From Candidatus Latescibacterota bacterium (lineage in GTDB: Bacteria > Latescibacterota > UBA2968 > UBA8231): a stretch of DNA of 64,000 bases. The notes beneath the pieces are model-generated. The model saw only the letters and a program-made list of their open reading frames with translations. It was not told the origin of the DNA and did not search any database. Positions 47,583 through 57,899 of this stretch are shown one piece after another. The stretch spans positions 4,608,001-4,672,000 of the forward strand of contig OZ242318.1 in NCBI GenBank assembly GCA_965208105.1. Reading direction: 5' to 3'. The position numbers and the translations under genes were made by a program. The stretch's first letter is position 1; every line of letters starts with the position of its first letter.

Positions 47583-49961
47583 ATGCACATAAACTACGAA
47601 CGGCTCGTTCACTATATTCACCATCACTATGTAGGCGTCATTCTCATTTCCGTTTGCCTGTCCATAGTGGGTGGCTACTTCGCTGCGCATCTGCGGGTCA
47701 AGAGCGACCTCGCCAACCTGTTGCCGGAAGATCATCTCAGCGTCCTCGAGCTCAACCGGATCCGGGAACGGGTCGGGGGCATTGGTCCGCTCATGGTCAT
47801 CATCACAGGCGACGATCTGGGCAAGTCCGTGGAGTTCATGCTTGCCCTTGCCGACTCTCTGGAGCACAATCCCCGCATCGGTTCGGTGGTAAGGGGCAAG
47901 GACCGGGAGTTCTGGAGCAGGAACAGGCTCCTCTACATGGATCTGGAGGACCTGGATACGATCCACGCACGCATTTCCGACTACATCGAAACGCAGAAAC
48001 TCCGGCAGTCTCCACTCTACTTCGCCCTGGACGACGAGGAAGAAGCTGGACTGGATTTTTCGGACCTGGAGGAGAAGTACAGCGATCAAGGCGCCACCGA
48101 GCTGGAAAAAACCTACTACCTGACCAAGGAAAAAAACGGGGTAGTCCTCAGCCTGTATCCCGTCGGAGTAATTACGGATCTGCAATTCAACCAGAGACTA
48201 TTCAAAAGCCTTGAGAGTACGATTGAGGCCATAGATCCAAAAAGTTTCCATCCCAGCATCGATTACGCCTTCAAAGGAAGCCTGAAGAACAGCTCATACG
48301 AGTACCAGCTCGTCCTGGAGGACCTGAGAGATACCGCCCTTTACGCCTTCCTTGGGGTTCTGGTGCTGATCTCGCTCTACTTCCGCCAGGTTCTGGCCTC
48401 CCTCTTCGTCGTCCTCCCTCTGCTCATGGGGGTCTCCTGGACCTTTGGCCTGACCTATCTCGTGATCGATCATCTCAACCTGATCACGGTGGGCCTCTTC
48501 GCCATTCTCTTCGGGTTGGGGATTGATTTCGGCATTCACATATTTGCTCGCTACCGCGAGGCACGCCGCCGCGGCATCGACGTGGAAGAAGCCCTCAGCG
48601 AGACCATTTGCCACACCGGCAGGGCTCTGACCACTACTGCCGCCACGACCTCGGTGGCATTCTTTTCCCTGATGGCCACCGACTTCAAGGGCTTTTCCGA
48701 GTTCGGATTCATCGTCGGCATAGGCACCCTCTTCTCTCTCGCCGCGATGCTCGCCACTTGTCCGGCCTTCATAGTCCTGGCCGAACGCCTGAACCTGATC
48801 AAGCTCCAAAAGGACTCACTGCGGGTGTTCAAACGCGGCAGGTATCCTCTGCCTCTCCTCACCATTGCCGCCGCGCTGGCGGTAACGGCTTTTTCATTTT
48901 TTCACTTGAATGACCTCGAATTCGAGTATGACTTCACCAAACTCAGACCGAGCATATCCTACAAAAACAAGGCCAGCCTTCCCAATGCCCTTAAGGAGAC
49001 GCGCTCTCCCGCCATTGTCCTGACCGAAAACTTCACCGAGGCGGAAGAAGTCGTGGAAACGGTGAACAAAATACGGGCAAGCAATGGCGATGCGTCCACC
49101 ATCCGTTCGGTCAAAAGCGTCTATTCCTTTCTTCCAAGGGACCAGCCCGAGAAACTGGATCTCATCCGCCGCATCGAACAACTCGTGGACGACTCGGAAG
49201 ACCTGATAGGAGAAGACCAGAGGGCCGAGGTTGATTCCCTACGGCAATTCCTCGAAGTCACAAAGCTGACCTTGAAGGACCTTCCCGAAGACGTGACCAA
49301 GAAATTCACCGGAAAGAACGGGGAGTTGCTCAATTTTGTCATGATAAACGCATCCGTACCTTTAAGGGATGGAAAAAACGCCATTAACTTCGCCCGGGAG
49401 ATCAGCGAAATCCACACTCCTTCGGGCAATACCTACCGCGCCTCCAGCGCCCACATTATTTTTGCCGATATGCTCCAGACCATGATCGACGACAGCAAAA
49501 TCGCCGTAGTGCTGACCCTGCTCGTCGTCATCGCGGTCCTGCTCATCGATCTGCGCAATGTTGTCGCAACCTTACTGGTTCTGACGCCCCTGCTCAACGC
49601 GCTCGTGTGGGTTACGGGCTTCATGTACTTGTTCGATATTCGCCTGAATCTCTACAACATGGTTGCCTTTCCAACGATGATAGGCATGGGAATCGACAAT
49701 GGCGTCCACATCTACCATCGCTATCGCGAAGAGGGTAGGCATTCTTTGCGCCTGGTGCTGCGCACCACCGGCATCGCCCTGCTGGCCACTTCCCTGACGA
49801 CCATGGTAGGATTTTCCGGGCTGATTCCAGCCAACCATCCGGCCCTCGTATCCATCGGCACTCTCTCCCTGATCGGCTTGGGGTGTTGCTTTGTCACGGC
49901 AGTCACCCTGCTGCCCGCAATCCTCCAGCTCGGGGAGAAAAAATTCCGCCGGGAAGGCTGA
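47583..49961 (+). CDS. MMPL/RND family lipid transporter (HpnN-like)
   Basis: Two 1+5 TM repeats with GLGIDFGIH and GMGIDNGVH; 792 aa. Confidence 0.9.
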   Translation: MHINYERLVHYIHHHYVGVILISVCLSIVGGYFAAHLRVKSDLANLLPEDHLSVLELNRIRERVGGIGPLMVIITGDDLGKSVEFMLALADSLEHNPRIGSVVRGKDREFWSRNRLLYMDLEDLDTIHARISDYIETQKLRQSPLYFALDDEEEAGLDFSDLEEKYSDQGATELEKTYYLTKEKNGVVLSLYPVGVITDLQFNQRLFKSLESTIEAIDPKSFHPSIDYAFKGSLKNSSYEYQLVLEDLRDTALYAFLGVLVLISLYFRQVLASLFVVLPLLMGVSWTFGLTYLVIDHLNLITVGLFAILFGLGIDFGIHIFARYREARRRGIDVEEALSETICHTGRALTTTAATTSVAFFSLMATDFKGFSEFGFIVGIGTLFSLAAMLATCPAFIVLAERLNLIKLQKDSLRVFKRGRYPLPLLTIAAALAVTAFSFFHLNDLEFEYDFTKLRPSISYKNKASLPNALKETRSPAIVLTENFTEAEEVVETVNKIRASNGDASTIRSVKSVYSFLPRDQPEKLDLIRRIEQLVDDSEDLIGEDQRAEVDSLRQFLEVTKLTLKDLPEDVTKKFTGKNGELLNFVMINASVPLRDGKNAINFAREISEIHTPSGNTYRASSAHIIFADMLQTMIDDSKIAVVLTLLVVIAVLLIDLRNVVATLLVLTPLLNALVWVTGFMYLFDIRLNLYNMVAFPTMIGMGIDNGVHIYHRYREEGRHSLRLVLRTTGIALLATSLTTMVGFSGLIPANHPALVSIGTLSLIGLGCCFVTAVTLLPAILQLGEKKFRREG

Positions 49962-49988
49962 TTCCAGCGGGCCACGCAGAGGAATCGA

Positions 49989-50018
49989 CAGGCCGGCCGA
50001 AGAGATTCGACCGGCCTG
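49989..50018. terminator. Hairpin between converging MMPL gene and tRNA
   Basis: CAGGCCGGCCGAA-GAGA-TTCGACCGGCCTG. Confidence 0.55.
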
Positions 50019-50080
50019 ATTTCATATGGGAGAAATTGCGATTAACCGGAGATTGGGATAATTTTACTGAAGGAATAGAT

Positions 50081-50156
50081 TGGAGCGGGAGACGGGACTC
50101 GAACCCGCGACAACCACGTTGGCAACGTGGAGCTCTACCAACTGAGCTACTCCCGC
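50081..50156 (-). tRNA. tRNA-Gly (GCC)
   Basis: Reverse complement GCGGGAGTAGCTCAGTTGGTAGAGCTCCACGTTGCCAACGTGGTTGTCGCGGGTTCGAGTCCCGTCTCCCGCTCCA: full cloverleaf, GCC anticodon, encoded CCA. Confidence 0.97.
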
Positions 50157-50312
50157 TCTCGATGACTGTTCAATGGAAGGCCGTTCCAGGAATTGATCCG
50201 CTGGTGGGGGATGGTTAGCCCTTGATCCGACGCTGGAGGAAGAAGATCATCCGGCAAATCCCGGCTTAAGCGGGAGAAATTCCTGGAAAATCTGAGGGGA
50301 ATTAATATAAGT

Positions 50313-53300
50313 ATGGGCAGAATTCGCGTCAAGAACTCCCGTCCTCCGCTGGTTTCCCACGCCGCATTCCTGCTCTTCGCCATCCATTCCCTGGCAGGAT
50401 GCGGCACGGACTCCTCTTCCCCGGAAGAACAGCGCGCCCGCTGGCACAACAACCAGGGCGTGGTTTACATGGACCAGCATCACTACGTTCGAGCCAGGGA
50501 GGAATTCCAGCGGGCAATCGCACTGGATCCCGCCCACGCCAACAGCCACGCCAACCTGGGTATCGCCTACTACAGTCTCGGCAAGTACGACAGTGCCGGA
50601 ACGGCGTTGCGCACGGCGTTGAAACTGGACCCTGAACACCTTCACGGCCACTATACATTGGGGCTGATATACAGCGCCCAGGGCAAGCAGTACGAATTTG
50701 CCCTCCAGGCATTCGAGCAGGTCGCCCAGGCGGACCCCGACGATCCTCTGGTGCACTACTATCTCGGCCAGGTAAAGGCCAAGCTGGGAAGAGACGAGGA
50801 GGCAATAGAGGAATTGCGCAGGGCGATTCGCCTTGACCCCTACAATACCTCTGCCTACTACGCCCTCGCCAACCAGTTGAGGCGTCAAGGACATGCGGAA
50901 GAGTGGCAGGCTGTGCTCGATACATTCGACAGCTTGAGCCAGGCGGGGCACGAGGGAATTAGTACTTCATACCAGGGCCAGGGAAAGTATGCCGAGGCAG
51001 TGACAGATGCGGGTTATGCAGGTTCTGCCCGCGACGACACCAGGGGACCGTTTCTCTTCTCCAGGGCGCCGGTTCCAATGGAAGATCTTCCCGAGAAAAT
51101 CCGGTTTTCCGCGATGGAGGACTTCGACGGAGACGGAGACCCCGACCTCCTCCTGGGCGATGAAATGCCCTTGCTCTACCGCAACCTGGGCGATCGCTTT
51201 GCCCCGATCCATGATTTCGACCTCCCTCTGCCCGGGAACCTCCCGATAACCGGAGCGGTCTTTGGTGATGCCGACAATGACGGCCGCTCCGATCTGGTTC
51301 TGAGCGGCGAAAAGACCTTGTTCCTGCGCAATGAAGAGGAGGATTCCTGGGTGCTGGGGGACTCGCTGTGGGGGCCGACCCGGGGGATGGTATTCGCGGA
51401 CACCGATCACGACGGCGACCTGGATCTGCTCGCCTTGGGACGAAAGGGGACAAGGCTGTTGGCCAATGACGGCTCGGGGAGGTTCATTCCCGTTCCCGGT
51501 CCGGCCGGCATCGCCACCCGACAGCCGGGAAAGCGGGCGATCTTCTCCGATTTCGACAACGACCGCGACGTGGACGGGTTCGTCCTCGGCGCCGGTTCCG
51601 TCCAGGTCTTCACCAACAACCGGGACGGCACCTTCACCGACATCGGTGCTGAACTGGGCCTGCAGCCCCTCGATGCGGCGGATTTTTGCCTGGAGGATTT
51701 CGACCAGGACGGCTACATGGATTTAGCTGCATTGAGCACCGGCGGCGAGCTGGCAATTTTTTCCAGCCAGGCCGGCAAGGGGTTCGAATCTCAACCCGGC
51801 CTCACCGTGCCGCAAGCGCGGGTACATGGCTTGCGTCCGGCCGATTTGGATAACGACGGGGACCTGGACCTGCTGGTCTTCGGCGACCAGGGGATTCACA
51901 TTCTGGCGTACCACGAGGACAAATTTCATCTTGAAGAAGACGTGGTTGGAGCCGGGGTGGAAACAGAGCAGGTACTCGTGGCAGACTTCGACGAAGATGG
52001 CGCCGCCGATGTCTGGGCCCAGGGTAACCTTTGGCGCAACGAAGGCGAGGGAGGGCAGTGGATCAAAATCCTCCTCCAGGGGCTCAACAGCAACCGCGAC
52101 GGGATCGGGTCCAAGGTCGAAGTAAAGACCGCCAACCGCCATCAGAAGAGAGTGGTGAGGGGAGGAAGCGAGGATTTCCGCACCTTGAATTTCGGCCTGG
52201 CCGCGGCGGACTCGGTGGAGTTCGTCAGAGTCCTCTGGCCCAGCGGGGTGCGCCAGACGGAACTTGCGACAAAAGCGGCTCAGAGGCTGACCCTCACCGA
52301 ACTGAACCGCAAGGGTACTTCCTGTCCCATTCTCTACGCCTGGAATGGTGAGGAGTTCAGCTTCGTCACCGACATACTCGGCGGCTCCATTATCGGCTAC
52401 CTGCTGGCTCCGGGCGAGTACTATACCCCTGATACGGACGAATACGTCCGGCTGGGCGGGATTGTCCCTAGGGATGGCAGCTACGTCTTGCAATTAACCA
52501 ACCAGCTCGAGGAAGTGATCTACCTTGACGCCATGCATCTGGTGGCAGTGGATCATCCCGCTGGAGTGGAGGTCTACCCCAACGAACGCCTGCTATCCTC
52601 ACCGCCGTATCCGGATTTCCGCCTCTATGCCTTGAAAGATCTGAAGCCCCCCGAGAGAGCAGCCGACCATCTCGGCAGGAACATAATCGCGCCGTTGCGC
52701 AGCATAGACGACGACTGGTACGAGGGCTTCGAGCGCGAGCGCATCCACGGCTACGCCCGCGATTACACCATCGAGCTCGATCTGGGAGACCTGGGCGATT
52801 GTGACCATCCCGTGCTCCTGGGATACGGCTGGGTGGATTATGCCCACTCCAGCTCAAATTGGTCCGCCGCGCAACAGGGACTGGCGCTCTATCCCCCCCG
52901 ACTGGAGGTTGCAGACGGCAAGGGCGACTGGATCGAGGTGAGCGCCGACATGGGTTCTCCGGCCGGTCTGCCCAAGTATCTGCTGTTCGACCTGAAAGGT
53001 CTTTTCCACAGCGAGGATTACCGCCTGCGCATCAGCACCAACACCCCGATCTACTGGGACCAGTTCCTGGTGGGAAGAGCGGTGGACACCAGGCTCGAGG
53101 TCCACCGATTGCGTCCCGACTCCGGCGACCTGCACTGGCGCGGCTATCCCGAACATACATCCATCAAGGGTACCTTTGCCTTCCGCTACCACTACGACCG
53201 CCTGCGGCAACACGCCGATTGGGGTGCCCACCGCGGTGCCTTTACCCGCTTCGGCGAGGTCACGGAACTGGTGGGCGCGGTGGACGATAAATTCGTAATC

Positions 53301-53573
53301 ATGTTTCACGGAGACGAACTGACCGCCGCCTTCGACGCCGGGCACCTGCCCCCCCTGAAAGCTGGCAGCCAGCGCACTTTCCTGCTCTACGCCGATGGAT
53401 TCGGCAAGGACATGGACTTCCATTCTGCCCACTCCCTGACCGTGGCTCCCCTGCCCTTCCACTCCATGTCGGGTTATCCCTACCCTGAGACCGAGACCTA
53501 TCCCCGGGACCAGGAGCATCTGGACTACTTGTTGGAGTACAACACCCGCCGAATCAAGGGCTACTATGAATGA
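50313..53573 (+). CDS. TPR + FG-GAP/VCBS + ASPIC/UnbV (CRTAC1-like) lipoprotein
   Basis: Lipobox LAGC; TPRs; repeated DFDGDGD.DL; SNRDGIGSKV, RVLWPSG, SCPILY. Confidence 0.85.
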   Translation: MGRIRVKNSRPPLVSHAAFLLFAIHSLAGCGTDSSSPEEQRARWHNNQGVVYMDQHHYVRAREEFQRAIALDPAHANSHANLGIAYYSLGKYDSAGTALRTALKLDPEHLHGHYTLGLIYSAQGKQYEFALQAFEQVAQADPDDPLVHYYLGQVKAKLGRDEEAIEELRRAIRLDPYNTSAYYALANQLRRQGHAEEWQAVLDTFDSLSQAGHEGISTSYQGQGKYAEAVTDAGYAGSARDDTRGPFLFSRAPVPMEDLPEKIRFSAMEDFDGDGDPDLLLGDEMPLLYRNLGDRFAPIHDFDLPLPGNLPITGAVFGDADNDGRSDLVLSGEKTLFLRNEEEDSWVLGDSLWGPTRGMVFADTDHDGDLDLLALGRKGTRLLANDGSGRFIPVPGPAGIATRQPGKRAIFSDFDNDRDVDGFVLGAGSVQVFTNNRDGTFTDIGAELGLQPLDAADFCLEDFDQDGYMDLAALSTGGELAIFSSQAGKGFESQPGLTVPQARVHGLRPADLDNDGDLDLLVFGDQGIHILAYHEDKFHLEEDVVGAGVETEQVLVADFDEDGAADVWAQGNLWRNEGEGGQWIKILLQGLNSNRDGIGSKVEVKTANRHQKRVVRGGSEDFRTLNFGLAAADSVEFVRVLWPSGVRQTELATKAAQRLTLTELNRKGTSCPILYAWNGEEFSFVTDILGGSIIGYLLAPGEYYTPDTDEYVRLGGIVPRDGSYVLQLTNQLEEVIYLDAMHLVAVDHPAGVEVYPNERLLSSPPYPDFRLYALKDLKPPERAADHLGRNIIAPLRSIDDDWYEGFERERIHGYARDYTIELDLGDLGDCDHPVLLGYGWVDYAHSSSNWSAAQQGLALYPPRLEVADGKGDWIEVSADMGSPAGLPKYLLFDLKGLFHSEDYRLRISTNTPIYWDQFLVGRAVDTRLEVHRLRPDSGDLHWRGYPEHTSIKGTFAFRYHYDRLRQHADWGAHRGAFTRFGEVTELVGAVDDKFVIMFHGDELTAAFDAGHLPPLKAGSQRTFLLYADGFGKDMDFHSAHSLTVAPLPFHSMSGYPYPETETYPRDQEHLDYLLEYNTRRIKGYYE

Positions 53574-53771
53574 CCGCAGCTTGAGGGGATCGTGGGATGC
53601 ATGAAACCACCGGCCGCGCATCCCCTGAATTCCTGATCCTACTCCCATTCCTCCCCGCATCCACCGCCCTAGGTTCAAATGTCGAGACGCCGATTCAGAG
53701 TCCCCGGCAGCCCCGGCTCTGCAGCTGACGCGGAGGAGGACCATGGGCCAGGCCGGAAATACGGCAGCCGG

Positions 53772-55967
53772 ATGAGGATGGGGCTGAGAAGATTTAATGC
53801 GAACCTCTCTCCCGCGGTTCGCCGTTCTTGCGTTCGCCTTTGGGGCCAGGCGAAAATTGATAAACTGCTTTTGAGGAACATCGGGTACTGTACGTCTGGA
53901 TGGCTGGTGCTGTACATTCTCTTTCTCGCGGCAATCTACGTCTCATTCAGCGACAATCTGCCCGACATCGACGATTGGAGTTTCCAACCCAAGCGCATAA
54001 CCAGGGTCTTCTCTTCCGATGGTCAGCACCTCAAGGACTTTCTCGAGGAGAACCGCGAAATCCTCACCTACGAGGAAATACCCCTGGCGATGACAGACGC
54101 TCTCATCGCCACCGAGGACCAGCGTTTTTTCTTCCACTGGGGCATTGATCTGCGCCGCATTTTCGGGGCCATTTTCGCAAATGTCAAATCGATGAGCCTG
54201 ACAGCCCAGGGTGCCAGTACGCTCACCCAGCAGTTGGCCCGCAACGTTTTTGCCCAGGTAGGCAGAGAGCGAGGCAGTGGATCGCTGGAGGAGGTCAGGG
54301 CAACCTACGCCCGAAAGGTCCGCGAGCAGATCATGGCGGTAAATATCGAGCGATTGTATACCAAGCGGGAAATCTTGACCATGTATCTCAACACGGTCTA
54401 TATGGGGCACGGACGCTATGGTCTCAAATCAGCGGCCCGCTTCTATTTCGACAAGGATGTCGAGGACTTGAAGGTTGAGGAGTGCGCCATGCTGGTTGCC
54501 ATCCTGAAGGCTCCCTCCACCTACAGCCCCCTGAGGAATCCCGACAGGACTTTCATACGCCGCAACCAGGTTCTGCTCAATCTCGTGGGTGTCGGGAAAC
54601 TTTCAGAGCCCGCCTACCAGGAGCGGCGGCAGCAGCCTGTCAAAATACGGCGCAGCAAGCACGCGGAGACCTATGGATTGGCTCCTTACTTCATCGAATA
54701 CGTACGCCGGCAACTGGAAGATGAATACGGTATGGCCTTCAAACGCGATGGCTTGACGGTCTACACGACCCTCGACTCGCGCCTGCAGCGCATTGCCGAG
54801 AAACACTTCGCCATCGAGATCGGCAAGGTCCAGAAGAAGGTAGACAGATATCTGGCCAACAAGGGTCCGGGGGAAGGCCTGCCAGACTCCGCCGTGGTAC
54901 AGGCTGCGTTCGTGGCCATCGATCAGAAAAACGGCCGCGTTCTGGCCATGATCGGAGGCCGAAATTTCAGGGAGAGCAACTGGAACCGCGCAACGCAGGC
55001 CAGGAGACTTCCCGGCTCTGCCTTCAAGCCTTTTGTCTACACCGCGGCTATCGACAACAATCGATTCACCATAGATGTGATGGAAGACAACGCCATCACC
55101 ATCTGGGAGAACAACCGGCTCTGGGACCCGGAGAACTACGATAAAAAATTCAAGGGCCCCATGACCCTGCGCGAAGGACTCAAGCAATCGCGGAACCTGA
55201 TCGCCATCAAGCTGGCTGATGAAATCGGCCCGGAACTCATCAAGCGCTATGCCAGGAACATGGGCATTACTACTCCCATCAGCGCCGTCCCCAGCATCGG
55301 CATCGGTACGAGTGCGGTTCACCTCATCGACCTGGTAGCGGCCTACTGCGTCTTCCCCAATAAAGGAATCTATGTAGAGCCAGTGATGGTGAGCCGTATT
55401 TCCGACCGCGAGGGCCGCCTCGTATTCGAGCGGCAGGAGGGACGCAAGCGCGAGGTGCTGAGGCCGGCGGTGACGGTCGTTATGACCGATTTGATGCGCT
55501 CGGTGATCGACGAGCCCGGCGGCACCGGGCATTCAATCCGCTATCGCTACCATTTCAATGCCCCTGCCGCGGGAAAGACCGGGACAACCAACGACTACGC
55601 CGACGCCTGGTTTATCGGATATACTCCACATATCGCCGTCGGGGTTTGGGTGGGCATGGACGATCCCAGCCTCAGTCTGTGGCCGAAACAGACCGGCTCC
55701 GGGGCTGCTCTTCCTCTTTGGGCGCGTTTCATGGAAGAAGTCTATCGCGAGGTGGAACCCTACCGCAGCAGGGCCAGGGAACCCTTCGATTATCCCGAAG
55801 ATTTGGTGGTTGAGCTTCCGGTCTGCAAAGACACCAACAAACTGGCAGGCAAGTACTGCCCGGACCAGAGCAAGGACCTCTTCATCTGGAATGAAGCGCT
55901 ACCCGAATATTGCCCTTTGCACGGAGGCGATGGGAAGGTGCGTTCGAGTCTGGGCCGGAGATTCTGA
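53772..55967 (+). CDS. mrcA: Class A penicillin-binding protein 1A
   Basis: Transglycosylase EDQRF..H.GID and GASTLTQQL; transpeptidase SAFK, SRN, KTG; start uncertain. Confidence 0.9.
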   Translation: MRMGLRRFNANLSPAVRRSCVRLWGQAKIDKLLLRNIGYCTSGWLVLYILFLAAIYVSFSDNLPDIDDWSFQPKRITRVFSSDGQHLKDFLEENREILTYEEIPLAMTDALIATEDQRFFFHWGIDLRRIFGAIFANVKSMSLTAQGASTLTQQLARNVFAQVGRERGSGSLEEVRATYARKVREQIMAVNIERLYTKREILTMYLNTVYMGHGRYGLKSAARFYFDKDVEDLKVEECAMLVAILKAPSTYSPLRNPDRTFIRRNQVLLNLVGVGKLSEPAYQERRQQPVKIRRSKHAETYGLAPYFIEYVRRQLEDEYGMAFKRDGLTVYTTLDSRLQRIAEKHFAIEIGKVQKKVDRYLANKGPGEGLPDSAVVQAAFVAIDQKNGRVLAMIGGRNFRESNWNRATQARRLPGSAFKPFVYTAAIDNNRFTIDVMEDNAITIWENNRLWDPENYDKKFKGPMTLREGLKQSRNLIAIKLADEIGPELIKRYARNMGITTPISAVPSIGIGTSAVHLIDLVAAYCVFPNKGIYVEPVMVSRISDREGRLVFERQEGRKREVLRPAVTVVMTDLMRSVIDEPGGTGHSIRYRYHFNAPAAGKTGTTNDYADAWFIGYTPHIAVGVWVGMDDPSLSLWPKQTGSGAALPLWARFMEEVYREVEPYRSRAREPFDYPEDLVVELPVCKDTNKLAGKYCPDQSKDLFIWNEALPEYCPLHGGDGKVRSSLGRRF

Positions 55968-56066
55968 AGCCTGGGGATCCGAGCTGCCCGAAGAGAATCG
56001 CATGGCAGCCCAAGGGAGTGAGGGGCGGCACCCATGGCCCGCGGGAGGAAGATGTCCGGCAGGAAG

Positions 56067-56729
56067 CTAAAAAACGAAGAAAATATAGAACAAACCTCCA
56101 ATGATACTTGCGGATAGACCGCGTTCGATTACCCTGCTGCCCGTCTCCGACATGGTGCGGGTAACCTCCGTTCCTCCCCCCAGAAGCTGGATTCTGTCCG
56201 CCGGAACCCGATCCATTTCATGGGCCTCAATTCGCCTGGTCCAAAGGACTCTTCCACCGGGGTCATGTAATCGCAGAAAAAGATTTCCATACGCTTCGCG
56301 CTGGACCCAGGACCTGACCGAAAACCATTTTTCTTTCCATGGCGTGTAGAGTACCTTGGGATCGGCGAGCCGGTAGTGCAACACCCCTGCCTCGGAGATA
56401 CCTTGCCGTGGTGGCTTGAGAACAATCCTGAAGCCGCGGCGTATCAGAACCTCCATCAATACATCCTCGGCAATCCAGTTCCTGGCGCTTTCCTTTTGCC
56501 CTTGCAGAAAAATCCGGGCATTGGGGGCCAAGGGAAATTCGCCCAGCGCGTCCTCCAAGGATTTCCTGAGAGCCAGGCTGACAAGTTGCACATCGGTCGT
56601 GTATATGGAATCATCCACCGACGCAAGGGAGGGGCGGATGCTGAATGGCGAACGAACCTGGAAGTTCGTGCCCTCCCCACCAGTGACCAGGACCAGGCAA
56701 AACGCGGCCAGCCAAATCATTGCGGACAT
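56067..56729 (-). CDS. Hypothetical exported/membrane-anchored protein
   Basis: N-terminal signal and C-terminal hydrophobic tail (IIGGLFYIFFVF); GAG RBS; fills the gap between known genes. Confidence 0.6.
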   Translation of the reverse strand: MSAMIWLAAFCLVLVTGGEGTNFQVRSPFSIRPSLASVDDSIYTTDVQLVSLALRKSLEDALGEFPLAPNARIFLQGQKESARNWIAEDVLMEVLIRRGFRIVLKPPRQGISEAGVLHYRLADPKVLYTPWKEKWFSVRSWVQREAYGNLFLRLHDPGGRVLWTRRIEAHEMDRVPADRIQLLGGGTEVTRTMSETGSRVIERGLSASIIGGLFYIFFVF

Positions 56730-56855
56730 ATTTGGGTCTCTTGCCTGTCCCTTCCACGGTTGGACAACAGCACCTCGGAGGTGTCTTCAGGGTTGCGCCC
56801 AGGTGTGATTCGATGGTCCCGAACTGCTTTTTTATCTAGGGCTTGCAGCGGACGA

Positions 56856-56979
56856 AGCTTAAGGGAAAGGGACTTGCCTGTCAAGCTGCTTGCCGTCCAT
56901 GCCGGCAGGGTCCTGAAAGGTTGGCGGAAGGCTGGGCAGCAGAAAAGGCTTGACTTGGCAAGCATCATCTAAATACGTT
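56856..56979. promoter_or_regulatory. Back-to-back sigma70-type promoters
   Basis: Minus strand TTGACA(56884-56879)-N17-TAAGCT; plus strand TTGACT(56950)-N18-TACGTT. Confidence 0.5.
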
Positions 56980-57025
56980 ATGGACAGATATTTAACTTCA
57001 ATGTTTATCCTTACTTGAGCAGATT

Positions 57026-57730
57026 GTGACAGAGTCTATCCCCTACCTCGTCCTGGGCGTCGTCCTTCTATTTTTCCTGGTGCCAAGCGCCATCGGACTG
57101 AGGATTGAACGCCGCAGAGACCAGGTCTCTCCCGATTTGCGGATTGATATGGCTTTTTTGGGTGGGGTGGCGGGCATTCGCATAGGGATGGAAGCTGGGG
57201 AGTGGTCCCTCTATCCTCTCCTGGGCCCCTGGAGGCTCAGGCTGCTTCGCCTGCGACTGGGAATGGGAAGATGGCCCGCAAAGAGAAAGAGTCCAACCCC
57301 AAATGGCCAACGACCGTCCAGGCAAGGGAGAGCATCGCGCGGGGTCTCCAAACCACCGGGTCGGCGCCTGTATGACCGGGCCCGCTTGTATTTCCCCTTG
57401 GGCATGGACCTGCTCAAAAGACTGCGCCGGACCCTGGTCCTGAGGAAACTTCAAATGAAGGGGGCCCTGGGATTCGAGGACCCGGCTAAAACCGGTTGCG
57501 CGGCCGCTTGCCTTCAAGGTCTGACGATCATTAGCAGCAAGAGGATCGAGATAGATTTCAGCCCCGATTTCGAACGTCCCGGCCTGCGCGGCCGCCTGTA
57601 CCTGGACTTTCGCCTGCACCTGGGCTATCTGCTTGTCCTTGCCCTGATTCTCGCCATCAAGGCTGCCTTGGGTCGGCTGGTCGCCCGTGCTCCGGGCTTC
57701 CTTGCAGCGCCAGGATCGAGCAGGATTTGA
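57026..57730 (+). CDS. DUF2953 (YtfI-like) protein
   Basis: GFEDPAKTG and PDFE motifs; N-terminal TM; upstream of a ytfJ-like gene. Confidence 0.7.
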   Translation: MTESIPYLVLGVVLLFFLVPSAIGLRIERRRDQVSPDLRIDMAFLGGVAGIRIGMEAGEWSLYPLLGPWRLRLLRLRLGMGRWPAKRKSPTPNGQRPSRQGRASRGVSKPPGRRLYDRARLYFPLGMDLLKRLRRTLVLRKLQMKGALGFEDPAKTGCAAACLQGLTIISSKRIEIDFSPDFERPGLRGRLYLDFRLHLGYLLVLALILAIKAALGRLVARAPGFLAAPGSSRI

Positions 57731-57899
57731 AAGATTGGAAAATCGTTTGCTCCCTGGGTGTGAGGGGAAGAGGTAGGTTGGAGGAGGTGGTCACGGAGCT
57801 CCTGCACTCAAGGGCACCTGGAGGGGGAGATCAACGCGAACCACTGTACTCTCTGCTGCGTCCAGCAAGCCCCAATCCTAAATGAATGGAGACCGGCCA

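Noticed and set aside
50081-50156. tRNA-Gly as the attachment site of an island extending leftwards
   Set aside because: No duplicate of the tRNA 3' end seen by eye and no adjacent integrase; a BLASTN could still overturn this.
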